The translations under genes were made by a program, and so were the position numbers. The notes beneath the pieces were generated by a model that was given only the letters and a program-made list of their open reading frames with translations, was not told the DNA's origin and made no database searches. Shown piece by piece: positions 8,354 to 17,535 of a stretch of DNA of 32,937 nucleotides. Source of the stretch: Platydemus manokwari (lineage: Eukaryota); contig JBBMOY011100329.1 of NCBI GenBank assembly GCA_037951405.1, positions 1-32,937 on the forward strand. Reading direction: 5' to 3'. The first letter of the stretch is position 1. Each line of letters starts with the position of its first letter.

Positions 8354-8590
8354 ATGAATTTTAATGATAATTTTCTCAAGGAAGTGATTGATGGACAACG
8401 CCGACGTAATAGCCAGATAGTCGGCAATTTTACTCAAGAACTGAAACCATTAGAAAAACCTCCAGTTCTGGTTCAATTACCACTCAAGTTGGTAGAAATT
8501 GTTCTAGACGATATTTCTCGTGGTCACGACCATACTGATGAAAGTCTTGAACTAAAGCGCTTAGTTAAAGCATTCAAAGAAACATTATAA
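8354..8590 (+). CDS. hypothetical protein
   Basis: Short ORF that fills the operon. Confidence 0.75.
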   Translation: MNFNDNFLKEVIDGQRRRNSQIVGNFTQELKPLEKPPVLVQLPLKLVEIVLDDISRGHDHTDESLELKRLVKAFKETL

Positions 8591-8608
8591 CTTTAATAAG
8601 GATTTAAA

Positions 8609-9199
8609 ATGACAACCTTTACACTTCAAGGTGTACACGATGCAACACGAGTTATCACAGAAGAGGTTAGAACCAACCTTAAAGGTAATAACCGCACCGT
8701 TCATCTTAACCAAGGTGATGATTTAGATACAACTATTACCTTTAGTGATCTTATCGGTAATAAATCAGGTCCTGTTACCCGTGTGACAGTTTATGTCAAT
8801 GAGAGTGAACTTTTCTCTAGTCAGGTGTCCACCAAAGACGTGGATAGTCAGATGGGTAACTTCCATGATGAACTCTATCGTGCTTACGGGGCAAAACTAT
8901 TCCAATACAAAGTTGCCCAAATTAGGGATAAGATCCTTGAACTTCTTTCTAAGAGAGATAATGGTCGAATTGATATCGGCTGGGACCACTGGGTTAAAAC
9001 AGAAATTTCCCGTAGAGGGATTTATCTCAGCTATGGGGATTCAGAAGGGACTTTAATGTCAACACCTGTTGATGATGTTGATATGTCTCTTCGTTATCTG
9101 ATCTCTTCGCTCAATCATCGTTCAGTGGGGATTCCAGTTTTGGTTGATAGTAACAGCCAACTTACTGTTGACCTCCATGGCTTTCGTTGGAACAAATAA
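8609..9199 (+). CDS. hypothetical protein
   Basis: ORF with TAAGGA RBS. Confidence 0.85.
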   Translation: MTTFTLQGVHDATRVITEEVRTNLKGNNRTVHLNQGDDLDTTITFSDLIGNKSGPVTRVTVYVNESELFSSQVSTKDVDSQMGNFHDELYRAYGAKLFQYKVAQIRDKILELLSKRDNGRIDIGWDHWVKTEISRRGIYLSYGDSEGTLMSTPVDDVDMSLRYLISSLNHRSVGIPVLVDSNSQLTVDLHGFRWNK

Positions 9200-9562
9200 A
9201 TGCAAACCAAACAGTATTACCAAGATCAACTTTGTAAAATTACAGGTGATTCGCTAAAGAACCTGGTTAAACAAAATACACCAGAGTTCCAAACTGAACA
9301 TCGATATCGTGACGTCCAATCCGGTCCAGACGGATGTACTGTCGTTCGTTTTGAACGTCAAGGTCCATTAGAAATCGTAACCATTCCTTTCTACGGAAAG
9401 GAAGTCAAATTACGCTTTAAGTTTCATCATGAGCGTGGTAGTGTTCCTCAAGACGTACTTGATCGTTTTGAAGAAAACATTGACCTGAATATTAAGAAGA
9501 TCGCCATTATGTTCGATCATGTCATCAACGAAGTTTATGAACAGGAGAAGTTAAAAGGATGA
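9200..9562 (+). CDS. hypothetical protein
   Basis: ORF abutting the upstream stop. Confidence 0.8.
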   Translation: MQTKQYYQDQLCKITGDSLKNLVKQNTPEFQTEHRYRDVQSGPDGCTVVRFERQGPLEIVTIPFYGKEVKLRFKFHHERGSVPQDVLDRFEENIDLNIKKIAIMFDHVINEVYEQEKLKG

Positions 9563-9942
9563 TGTACTTTAAAGAAGTTGAATTTATCGCGCTAGATAAA
9601 AACGATCTTGATGAAGTTGAACAGACTGGTAAGAATTTGGATTACATCATTTTCTGTAGTTCTGATCTTGGTACTCAAGGTATCTACGAAGATGATAAGC
9701 AATTTGCCAAAGTTCTTTGTGACTTCTTACGGATTGATGAAGACGGGGACTTTGAAGGAGAAGAAGCTGAATTCAATTACTTTACTCTGACCAAAGAAGA
9801 ACTCAGCGATCTGATTCGCAAAGTAAACGATACTAAGCTCTCAGATCTTGAGCTTCGTAAGTTTTACACCGATGAACTCAATCGTATTATGAATGAGTTC
9901 GATTGGGAATCTGATATCTTAGCCGTCTCGGTAGGTGAATAA
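9559..9942 (+). CDS. small highly acidic protein
   Basis: Roughly a quarter of residues are D/E by hand count; overlapping start and stop with both neighbours. Confidence 0.8.
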   Translation: MMYFKEVEFIALDKNDLDEVEQTGKNLDYIIFCSSDLGTQGIYEDDKQFAKVLCDFLRIDEDGDFEGEEAEFNYFTLTKEELSDLIRKVNDTKLSDLELRKFYTDELNRIMNEFDWESDILAVSVGE

Positions 9943-10406
9943 TGGGTCATCCTTCAGATGTAGTTATAGAACGCAAACTTTTAGAAGAGATGAGGGATGT
10001 TATCGCAGACCTCTATCCATCTCATCCGTCTCTTGCTAAAGCCCAACGAGTATTAGATCGTACCATTGCCGATATTTACCGTGAACAAATTGCAACCTCG
10101 GATAATATCTTGACAGGGTGGACTAGTTCCCCTCAGGAAGATACAGAAATTATTGAACAAACCCCTCATGAAAGGTTCCATGGTGTTATCCGGGCTAAGG
10201 CCCAACGATCTGATAAAGGTCTCCATGGTTTGGCTGATTTCTATGAGATCTCTCTTGGTGAGCTGAATTCACTCCTAGCTGAGAAAGAACCACATAAAGG
10301 GTCTCCATTTACTTTACGTAGTTTGCGTCGGTACTTCAATAGCTCTGTAGGACATTGGGAGGAAGTCCATGCCATCTGCTTCGGAACACGCCCTAACGGT
10401 AGTTGA
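9942..10406 (+). CDS. protein with a C-terminal XRE/HigA-like helix-turn-helix domain
   Basis: TPHERF...GLHGLADFYEISLGELNSLL...LRSLRRYFNSSVGHW resembles the HigA/VapI pattern (hPgE...LA..lgvs...ls.l...rL...Fgts...W). Confidence 0.5.
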   Translation: MGHPSDVVIERKLLEEMRDVIADLYPSHPSLAKAQRVLDRTIADIYREQIATSDNILTGWTSSPQEDTEIIEQTPHERFHGVIRAKAQRSDKGLHGLADFYEISLGELNSLLAEKEPHKGSPFTLRSLRRYFNSSVGHWEEVHAICFGTRPNGS

Positions 10407-10824
10407 TTCAAGTAACATCGACGAATGGTTATACCGTATTACTGGAAGTACACATCGTGGTCCATTATGGCGTACGTGGACAAGGATAAAATGGTGGGTA
10501 CGGGGATTGAAAGAGAAACTGATTCCTGAAGGGGAGATTAAGTTTCTTTTACTCGATCTTCAACAGATGTGTATCGGACATCGTAAACGTAGACCAATAC
10601 GTTTACGGTTTATAGATAAAGATGGTTCCCTTAAAAGTGGTTGGTTCGTTGTGTCAAATAAATACGGATACTTCTATATTAAGGAAGCTTGGTTCAAATC
10701 AGTAAGACCCGCAAAGTTAACCAAAGGTCCAATGACGTTTAAAAAGGCCAACCGGTTACATCGTCATATCACCTTAAAGGGATTTGTCAATACCTGGCTA
10801 ATCCCATACGAGAAAACAATTTAA
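10369..10824 (+). CDS. hypothetical basic, Trp-rich protein
   Basis: ORF with GGAGG RBS. Confidence 0.75.
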   Translation: MPSASEHALTVVDSSNIDEWLYRITGSTHRGPLWRTWTRIKWWVRGLKEKLIPEGEIKFLLLDLQQMCIGHRKRRPIRLRFIDKDGSLKSGWFVVSNKYGYFYIKEAWFKSVRPAKLTKGPMTFKKANRLHRHITLKGFVNTWLIPYEKTI

Positions 10825-10834
10825 AGGAAACATA

Positions 10835-11140
10835 ATGGAATTTGAAACTGGTAAAGAAATCCTGAAGTCTGCTATCGTATACGGTTTGTCCGAAGTATTT
10901 CCGTCAAACAAAGAAGTTCTGCCTGAGTTTAAACTTCCTACTGCGTGTGGACTATTGCGTTTCAAAACCCGTCCGACTTCCCCTGATCACGTGACCGTCA
11001 TTTATTTGGACGATCGTCGTCTGTATAAGGTCATGACTGATTGTTGTCAGTCTCGTGAGCCGGTGGCGTTTAACCGTTCGGTAAAAGAGAAACTGGCGCG
11101 TGATTCCTTTGATTCACAATGCCGTAAATTACTGAGCTAA
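10835..11140 (+). CDS. hypothetical protein
   Basis: ORF with AAGGA RBS. Confidence 0.8.
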   Translation: MEFETGKEILKSAIVYGLSEVFPSNKEVLPEFKLPTACGLLRFKTRPTSPDHVTVIYLDDRRLYKVMTDCCQSREPVAFNRSVKEKLARDSFDSQCRKLLS

Positions 11141-11147
11141 GCTAGAC

Positions 11148-11186
11148 CCTCTACCTCCATAAGGAGGTAGAGGAGTTTATTAATTT
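11148..11186 (+). terminator. intrinsic terminator
   Basis: CCTCTACCTCC-ATAA-GGAGGTAGAGG perfect 11-bp stem, then T-rich tail. Confidence 0.75.
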
Positions 11187-11193
11187 GTATTAT

Positions 11194-11220
11194 TTTTCAA
11201 ATAGACATTATTTAAGTGTA
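11194..11220 (+). promoter_or_regulatory. Candidate phage early promoter
   Basis: TTTTCAAATAGACATTATTTAAGTGTA, between a terminator and the next gene. Confidence 0.7.
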
Positions 11221-11251
11221 ATGACAAACATTAATTTAGAAGGATTTATCC

Positions 11252-11845
11252 ATGACCATTATCAACAGAACTTTATTCGAAACATTAGCTGATAAAGTTA
11301 TTGATCAATTTGTATTAGATCGCGAAGAGATCGATCAAGTAGCCACGATTGATACCCCAGAAGGATTCCCGGTTATTCAAGTTAGCTTTAATTATAACCC
11401 ATCAACCAAGCTACGTAGGACAGCGGTAACATTCAATGGCCATGTTATCCTGACGACCCAAGATCGAATGGATCAAAAGCTTCGCCGTGATCCAGATGAA
11501 AGACAATGTATACTTTCTGAATTAGAAACTGGCTTCTTTGAGATTATCTCCACCAATATCGATTGGAAAGAAAATCTTGGGAATATGTTCTATGGACATA
11601 CCTCTGTTTGGAACATTGTTCACCCAATCGGCATGGAGGTCAACATCCACAATGAAGACGATAGTCGTCGCATGTTGATCACTTACAAAGGTAAATCGCT
11701 CTATGCATTAGAGGAAGCCATTGGAGTTGATTTCGGAATTGGAGTAGATGTATTAACTCCTCATTTCCGACTTAAAGAAATAGTAACCAGGGTGTTGAAA
11801 CACATTGTTGGTTCCAGCGAATATGAATTTGAATTTAACGTTTAA
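11252..11845 (+). CDS. hypothetical protein
   Basis: ORF with AAGGA RBS. Confidence 0.85.
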   Translation: MTIINRTLFETLADKVIDQFVLDREEIDQVATIDTPEGFPVIQVSFNYNPSTKLRRTAVTFNGHVILTTQDRMDQKLRRDPDERQCILSELETGFFEIISTNIDWKENLGNMFYGHTSVWNIVHPIGMEVNIHNEDDSRRMLITYKGKSLYALEEAIGVDFGIGVDVLTPHFRLKEIVTRVLKHIVGSSEYEFEFNV

Positions 11846-11857
11846 TAAGGATAAGTA

Positions 11858-12490
11858 ATGATCGTTTCTAAAGGTAACATGACCACACTGTGTAACAAAC
11901 TCACTATCGGCATGATCAACTCTGGTATTGAATCAGGTTGGTTGGGTGATTATAAAGCTGAGGTTTTCATTAATGACGACCCTGTAGCTTTTGATATCTC
12001 CCCTCGCAATGTCGATACGGTGGGCGTTGAACTGACCATTTCCTATAAACGTAAAACAATCGGAATTGTAAAGGTCAAAGATTTAATTATGTTTTCACGG
12101 GCTTGTAAAGCCGATGAAGTTCAAACCTGGACTGCACAAACTCAAGAATATTTACGCCTTCAGTTAGGCAAGTTCTTTGCAGAGAAATACGTTACCGATA
12201 ATGGGAATGTTCACGCATTCCTTAAAGACGCTGCCACAAAGAACACCGGTGGTCAGGTGATTATTTCAGGTATCACTTTTAAAGCTTTGGTCAGTGGCAA
12301 TACAGCCTGGTTCGTAGTCAAATCGGGCCGGGTTGAATTACTGCACATTGAGCGCTCTAACTTCTTAGGTATGACAACCAAACAAGGATGGCAAGCTATG
12401 AACATTTCTAATATAACTGCAGAGTTTCGCCGTTCACTGTTGGCATTGATCGAGAAGAATGATAACTTCAAATTCGGTCTGGTGATGTAA
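11858..12490 (+). CDS. hypothetical protein
   Basis: ORF with TAAGGA RBS. Confidence 0.85.
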   Translation: MIVSKGNMTTLCNKLTIGMINSGIESGWLGDYKAEVFINDDPVAFDISPRNVDTVGVELTISYKRKTIGIVKVKDLIMFSRACKADEVQTWTAQTQEYLRLQLGKFFAEKYVTDNGNVHAFLKDAATKNTGGQVIISGITFKALVSGNTAWFVVKSGRVELLHIERSNFLGMTTKQGWQAMNISNITAEFRRSLLALIEKNDNFKFGLVM

Positions 12491-12810
12491 TGGCGGTCCC
12501 CAAGAAGCATATACCCAGGGTCACTAAGTTTATAGAGATCGTATTGGGTAAAGTGGTGACTGGGGAAATAGAACGTTGCTTTTATCGAAAAGGAGCTTTG
12601 GATGGACACTACACCATCGCTCTCTATAGCAACGGTTTACTTCCATTGTACAATGATGACCGTATAGAAATTTGCGGTGACATCAATGGTAAGAAAATAG
12701 AAACACATATCTTAACCGGTGAAGAGATTAATGCTAGATCCCTTGATCCCAAATTGGTTAAATCGCTTACAGAAGCTTTTGCTAAACTGCGTATAAAGGA
12801 AACAAAATGA
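12490..12810 (+). CDS. hypothetical protein
   Basis: TAATG stop/start coupling. Confidence 0.8.
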   Translation: MAVPKKHIPRVTKFIEIVLGKVVTGEIERCFYRKGALDGHYTIALYSNGLLPLYNDDRIEICGDINGKKIETHILTGEEINARSLDPKLVKSLTEAFAKLRIKETK

Positions 12811-13466
12811 CCGTCCATTACACCTTATCAGGTTTAGAAGTTATTGCTCAACAATTTCCTAAGATGATTGAAGAAGTTGTTCAGTTTGCCCGCTCTCGTG
12901 GTAACAGTATTCCAGAGTGTGGAATTTATCATGCTCATTTGGATTCAGGACATGGAACCGAAATCTTTCCATGGATCGTACAGAACAATGCACCTGGCAT
13001 TAAACCGGCTTGTACTATCACTCTGAATACAGAAGGGAGCGGTTGGAACATCACGTTAGATGCTGAAGACTTTAACGATGACTTCGTGATCCCAGAAGGA
13101 TTTGCAAGAAATGCTTCGAACGGATTACAATTACATCTTGCCCAGTCAATGGCACGTCGTTGGTATAATCGTGAAATGGAAGAAAAGGTCATTCGTTTGT
13201 GTGATGAGTCAGAATTCACAGACGCATTTGAACTTATTTGGGAAGGGATCTCTGGCGGGTATGATGATTATGGTTATACTGTCATTGTTCACGATAATAA
13301 AGGTAAGATGGTTCTGAAAGATGTTCATTACGCCATGAACAGTGATCTTGAAAAGAACCGTGATACTTTCTATCGTTATCTCGCTTATGCGGTAGAGTTA
13401 TCACTCATTGCCGATTATAACAAATTACTGACTGATAAGTGGTCATCCCCTCTTCTGTTTAACTAA
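12807..13466 (+). CDS. hypothetical protein, paralog of 13477-14166
   Basis: Shared QSMAxRW and GxDxxGxxVIxHD motifs. Confidence 0.85.
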   Translation: MTVHYTLSGLEVIAQQFPKMIEEVVQFARSRGNSIPECGIYHAHLDSGHGTEIFPWIVQNNAPGIKPACTITLNTEGSGWNITLDAEDFNDDFVIPEGFARNASNGLQLHLAQSMARRWYNREMEEKVIRLCDESEFTDAFELIWEGISGGYDDYGYTVIVHDNKGKMVLKDVHYAMNSDLEKNRDTFYRYLAYAVELSLIADYNKLLTDKWSSPLLFN

Positions 13467-13476
13467 GGAGTTTAGC

Positions 13477-14166
13477 ATGATTCCTAAATACACAATTGGT
13501 CAAGTTGATCAACTTAGATCAAAAATCAAAGAAATGATTCAAGCTGTAACATACCGCTTGATGAGTCATAAAAATGACTGGCGCTCTACCAGAGATGTGA
13601 TGATCTGGGATATCGATGGAACCAAGTTCGAATTTCTTATCCGTTCTACAGGAATGGAACATCTCCTGGATACAACACCGCCACTGAAAAGTAATATCTT
13701 ATCAGCTACACTCTTCATTTCCCCGATGCCCTTTTCTTTCAGTATTCAATATGAAGATCTTCATAAAGATATGGACGAAGTTCTCACTCCAACTATTTTG
13801 GAAACACTGACCGATAAATTCATAAATGTACTGAAACAGTCGATGGCAAACCGTTGGTTGTCTGATCATGGTTACATTACCGAATTAACCAAGATGATCA
13901 ATGAGAATCGTTTCGATGATATCTCAGGGCACCTGGGTATCGAACTGAAAACAGGTTGGGATGAGGAAGGATTTTCCGTTATCCTTCATGACGATCAGTC
14001 AAATACGATCTATTACGACGTTGTACATATTAAAGGGCATTATCTCGCCAAGTTCTATAATGAACGTTGTGTCTCTTCCGCAGTATATGCTTTAATTTAT
14101 GCTGCTCAGCATCAGCTTGCTTTTACTGAAGAATTAACCGAAACCCTTATCAAGGAAAGAAAATAA
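13477..14166 (+). CDS. hypothetical protein, paralog of 12807-13466
   Basis: TAAGGAG RBS; shared motifs as above. Confidence 0.85.
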   Translation: MIPKYTIGQVDQLRSKIKEMIQAVTYRLMSHKNDWRSTRDVMIWDIDGTKFEFLIRSTGMEHLLDTTPPLKSNILSATLFISPMPFSFSIQYEDLHKDMDEVLTPTILETLTDKFINVLKQSMANRWLSDHGYITELTKMINENRFDDISGHLGIELKTGWDEEGFSVILHDDQSNTIYYDVVHIKGHYLAKFYNERCVSSAVYALIYAAQHQLAFTEELTETLIKERK

Positions 14167-14469
14167 ATGCAACTCGAAAACTCTAAAATTGTGCGCGCTG
14201 TAGAACGTCATGCCTTTGAACTGGCTGAAGGTAAAATTGGGGAAAGCCGTTCAATATTGTTCAACGGCATTGAAATTAAATCAGAACTGTATGGATTCAA
14301 TCGTACCCGTAAAGGTGTTGTTCTGAATGTCTCTATTGGTGGTGTGAAGATTGGTCGCAATATCCTCAAACTTAAACAACGTGGCTGGTCTCATGTAGTC
14401 CAAACCAATTACAACTGGATGTTGAAGCAACGTACTGCTGAAGGTCCGGAAGTTATCCCTCACTTCTAA
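14167..14469 (+). CDS. hypothetical protein
   Basis: ORF abutting the upstream stop; AAGGA RBS. Confidence 0.8.
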   Translation: MQLENSKIVRAVERHAFELAEGKIGESRSILFNGIEIKSELYGFNRTRKGVVLNVSIGGVKIGRNILKLKQRGWSHVVQTNYNWMLKQRTAEGPEVIPHF

Positions 14470-14479
14470 GGAGAGAAAT

Positions 14480-14938
14480 ATGCAGCGATATCTGTTCGAG
14501 ATCGACAAAGGTACTTTGGTCGTCACTGATAAGGTTGGTGGTGGGTCGTTGCGTATCATCTTCAAACCTTTACATAAACCAACTGTCAGTCCCGCTCTGG
14601 AAGCTCAGAATGATTTAGAGCTGGCACTCGCCTCAGGTAAATTACACCTGGGGCTTTTTGGGATTAATACCATTACCGAGCGTAAAGGCTTTAAGTTAGA
14701 AGGGCAAGTCGTCTTATCAAGATCACACCTTCATGACTGCGAGATCCGTAATGGTAATCTCCACATGGTCTCCTTTAAACAGAAGACTTTAATCTCTGAA
14801 TCAACTTTACGATTTATGGGATCAAATAGATTTGGCGTGATAGCTTTCAAAGATTGCTACTTTAAGACCAATCCAGAACAAGGGTATTTCAAACGGAATA
14901 CCTCTTACTTTAAAAATGACCTAATGGTGGGAAATTAA
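14480..14938 (+). CDS. hypothetical protein with short beta-helix-like C-terminus, paralog of 14939-15451
   Basis: TAAGGAG RBS; LEGQVVLSRSHLHDCEIRNGNL. Confidence 0.8.
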   Translation: MQRYLFEIDKGTLVVTDKVGGGSLRIIFKPLHKPTVSPALEAQNDLELALASGKLHLGLFGINTITERKGFKLEGQVVLSRSHLHDCEIRNGNLHMVSFKQKTLISESTLRFMGSNRFGVIAFKDCYFKTNPEQGYFKRNTSYFKNDLMVGN

Positions 14939-15451
14939 ATGGAACGTTTTGAGCACATATTAAACACAAGTAAACGTACATTTATTCTGAAAGATAAAGA
15001 TGATGGCGCCACGCTTACCTTCCGTCAGGACATGTCTGCCGATTATTACGATAACTTGGATCTTGAAGATACCGATCCATTTGTTGATTTTACTAACGAT
15101 CTGATTGATGAATTAGAACGTGGTATTCTATCTCTTCACATTTATGGTGAAAATCTGCTGAGCTTTGATGACGGTAATTTCCCTCATCTGCAAGGTAATG
15201 TTGAACTCCGTAACTGCACGATTGACAATGCCAGAATCCATAACTCCGTTCTGTCCGATGTGAAAATCAGCAATGCAGGTAATGTAACTATCACTTATTC
15301 GAACATCAATAAGCTGACTCATAACTTCGCCGGTGATGTTCATATTTGTTTCTGCATTGTCAACGAAACATATAACAGCGTTATTGAAGGATTGCCACTT
15401 GGTAAGAACGAATGGCTAATGGGTAAAGCTGTTGATGGGACCATGTGGTAA
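14939..15451 (+). CDS. hypothetical protein with beta-helix-like (5-residue periodic) C-terminus
   Basis: LQGNVELRNCTIDNARIHNSVLSDVKISN has a hydrophobic residue every 5 positions. Confidence 0.8.
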   Translation: MERFEHILNTSKRTFILKDKDDGATLTFRQDMSADYYDNLDLEDTDPFVDFTNDLIDELERGILSLHIYGENLLSFDDGNFPHLQGNVELRNCTIDNARIHNSVLSDVKISNAGNVTITYSNINKLTHNFAGDVHICFCIVNETYNSVIEGLPLGKNEWLMGKAVDGTMW

Positions 15452-15483
15452 ATCAAATTCTCTTTAATTAAAAGGTATTTATT

Positions 15484-17412
15484 ATGTCTATCAGAAATTT
15501 AAAAGATATGATCTTCGCTCTGAACAAAACCGAAGAGTTCTCATTCCCTCATCATCAGAAAGACGGTAAGTTTAGTCTCGAAGATACATTAACTAAACTG
15601 GAAATCGTTGAAACCCAACACTTCCCAATCAAGCCTAGTATGGCTTCTATCGGAACTAACTTCTGTCACGCTGTCCAAGAACGATATGGTAGTCACATCA
15701 TCGACATGGCTAAAGAGCTGATCTATCGTCATGGTATTCCTGAAGAAACAATTTGTGATGCGATTAATATGGCTTGCGTCAATAACAACATCGTGTTAGA
15801 ACCCAAGCGGGTATTTCTGAGTGGAACTCCTTCACTACCACGCGGATGTACAGGCGAAGCTAATGCTAAAAGCATAGAACATATTAAACGCTATTTTGCA
15901 TCTTTCAGAAATATGAAGAATAAACTTACGACACGTATTTCTAGAAAACGCGCAATTTTAGCTTTACTTCGTTCAGCTCAATATGAGCAGGAGAAATTAT
16001 TGAGTGCTATTTTATCTCCCGGAGCTATAGGTATTCTTGCTGGATCATCAACCGGTTGGAAAGATCTTGAGGCTCTCTTTAAAGGCATGCAGGACGAAGT
16101 CACTCAGAATCAGAATAAACTGATTGAGGCGACCAATGAAATGGCATCAGCCATGAAAGAAATGCATAAGGAGCCAAAGGAGAAGCCAATCCATTTCCTG
16201 GGACAGGATCATTATCAAGCTATGGTATTCGAGCCTGTATCTAGTACCATAGAAGCCCAAAACTATGTGTGGAAGATAATCGATACAGCTTATCCTGATG
16301 ACAAAGCACGTAAACATGCATTCCAAACCGTGATGTCCTATATTCACCGTTTGAGCGCTGAGCATCAGAAAGCCATTATACGTTCTATGGAAATCACTGA
16401 AACTGATCCACGTCAGGTTGGTATTCAGATCACTAAGCTCTTAAAAGAGAGAATCATGGGCAACAAAGAACCTGTTGTTCCTAAAGAAACAAAGGAACCA
16501 GATATCATTATTGAGTTCCCACCGAAGTATTTAGGCCATCCATTTAACCCAACCAATACCGCATTAACTAATCCGAAAGTGGCTCTGCATATTTTCCTCA
16601 GCATGTTTCGTGAAAGTATTGCCCGCTATAGTCAAATCACCACTGACGTTAAAGCGATTTGTACATTCTTTATGTTGGCCAGTAATGAGGTTAAGCATGA
16701 GCTTCTCACCCGAGTGTATCGATTAGAGTATAAGGATTTAACACCAATCGACATAGGTCGTTCAATCATCAAAATGACAACCAGATGGTTAGAACAAAGT
16801 TATAATGCGAAAGTATCTGAACAAAGAAATTTAAGGAGCGAAGAAATGTTTAACATGAGTGAAGTTCACCCAGCCCATACCGCGACTATCATTAGTGGTG
16901 ATTACCCTGGTATGGCTGATGAATTAGAGCGTATGTTTGTTAATGCTGGTATGAATGTACATCGCCAGGAAATGGCTGGTCAACCTATAAAGATTGATAA
17001 GAATATCGAATTACTGGTAGATGCCTGGCTGGCTCTGAAAGGTATCGATAAAGATTCGAACAATTATTCTGCAATACGCGCTGAGCATCTTCATAAAGCA
17101 TACATTCAATATAAACCAAAACTGAGAACTGAAACCTTAGAACAGAAAGTTATCGATAGTTTCAAAATTTTCAATTCCCATGGTGGTGTATCAGGTGTCA
17201 TTTCTATGGTTTATACTGTCGATACCCAAACTGCAATCATTTCCTTCCAAACTGCTAATGGTAATGCAGGTGTTGTATTGGGTCGGTTTAAACTTCACAA
17301 AGAAGGAGCCGATCAAGTGTTAGCTCTTGTTCGTGAATGCTGCGAAAATGATGTTAAGTATCTCGAACCTGTTATTCAGCGCAAGGTAGTTGAACTTGGC
17401 GGGTATTTCTGA
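15484..17412 (+). CDS. large multi-domain hypothetical protein (642 aa) with coiled coil and internal repeat
   Basis: Long ORF with AAGGT RBS; internal repeat described in findings. Confidence 0.85.
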   Translation: MSIRNLKDMIFALNKTEEFSFPHHQKDGKFSLEDTLTKLEIVETQHFPIKPSMASIGTNFCHAVQERYGSHIIDMAKELIYRHGIPEETICDAINMACVNNNIVLEPKRVFLSGTPSLPRGCTGEANAKSIEHIKRYFASFRNMKNKLTTRISRKRAILALLRSAQYEQEKLLSAILSPGAIGILAGSSTGWKDLEALFKGMQDEVTQNQNKLIEATNEMASAMKEMHKEPKEKPIHFLGQDHYQAMVFEPVSSTIEAQNYVWKIIDTAYPDDKARKHAFQTVMSYIHRLSAEHQKAIIRSMEITETDPRQVGIQITKLLKERIMGNKEPVVPKETKEPDIIIEFPPKYLGHPFNPTNTALTNPKVALHIFLSMFRESIARYSQITTDVKAICTFFMLASNEVKHELLTRVYRLEYKDLTPIDIGRSIIKMTTRWLEQSYNAKVSEQRNLRSEEMFNMSEVHPAHTATIISGDYPGMADELERMFVNAGMNVHRQEMAGQPIKIDKNIELLVDAWLALKGIDKDSNNYSAIRAEHLHKAYIQYKPKLRTETLEQKVIDSFKIFNSHGGVSGVISMVYTVDTQTAIISFQTANGNAGVVLGRFKLHKEGADQVLALVRECCENDVKYLEPVIQRKVVELGGYF

Positions 17413-17424
17413 GTGGATAGTTGT

Positions 17425-17476
17425 ACCCTCCTACCTTAACAGGTAGGAGGGTTTACTTTATATTCATTTTCTTTTT
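17425..17476 (+). terminator. intrinsic terminator
   Basis: ACCCTCCTACCT-TAAC-AGGTAGGAGGGT perfect 12-bp stem plus T-rich tail. Confidence 0.8.
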
Positions 17477-17489
17477 ACCAGGGTATTTA

Positions 17490-17516
17490 TTTTCAGACAA
17501 ATATTATCCACATGTA
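17490..17516 (+). promoter_or_regulatory. Candidate phage early promoter
   Basis: TTTTCAGACAAATATTATCCACATGTA. Confidence 0.65.
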
Positions 17517-17535
17517 TAAACTATGGAGATTAATA

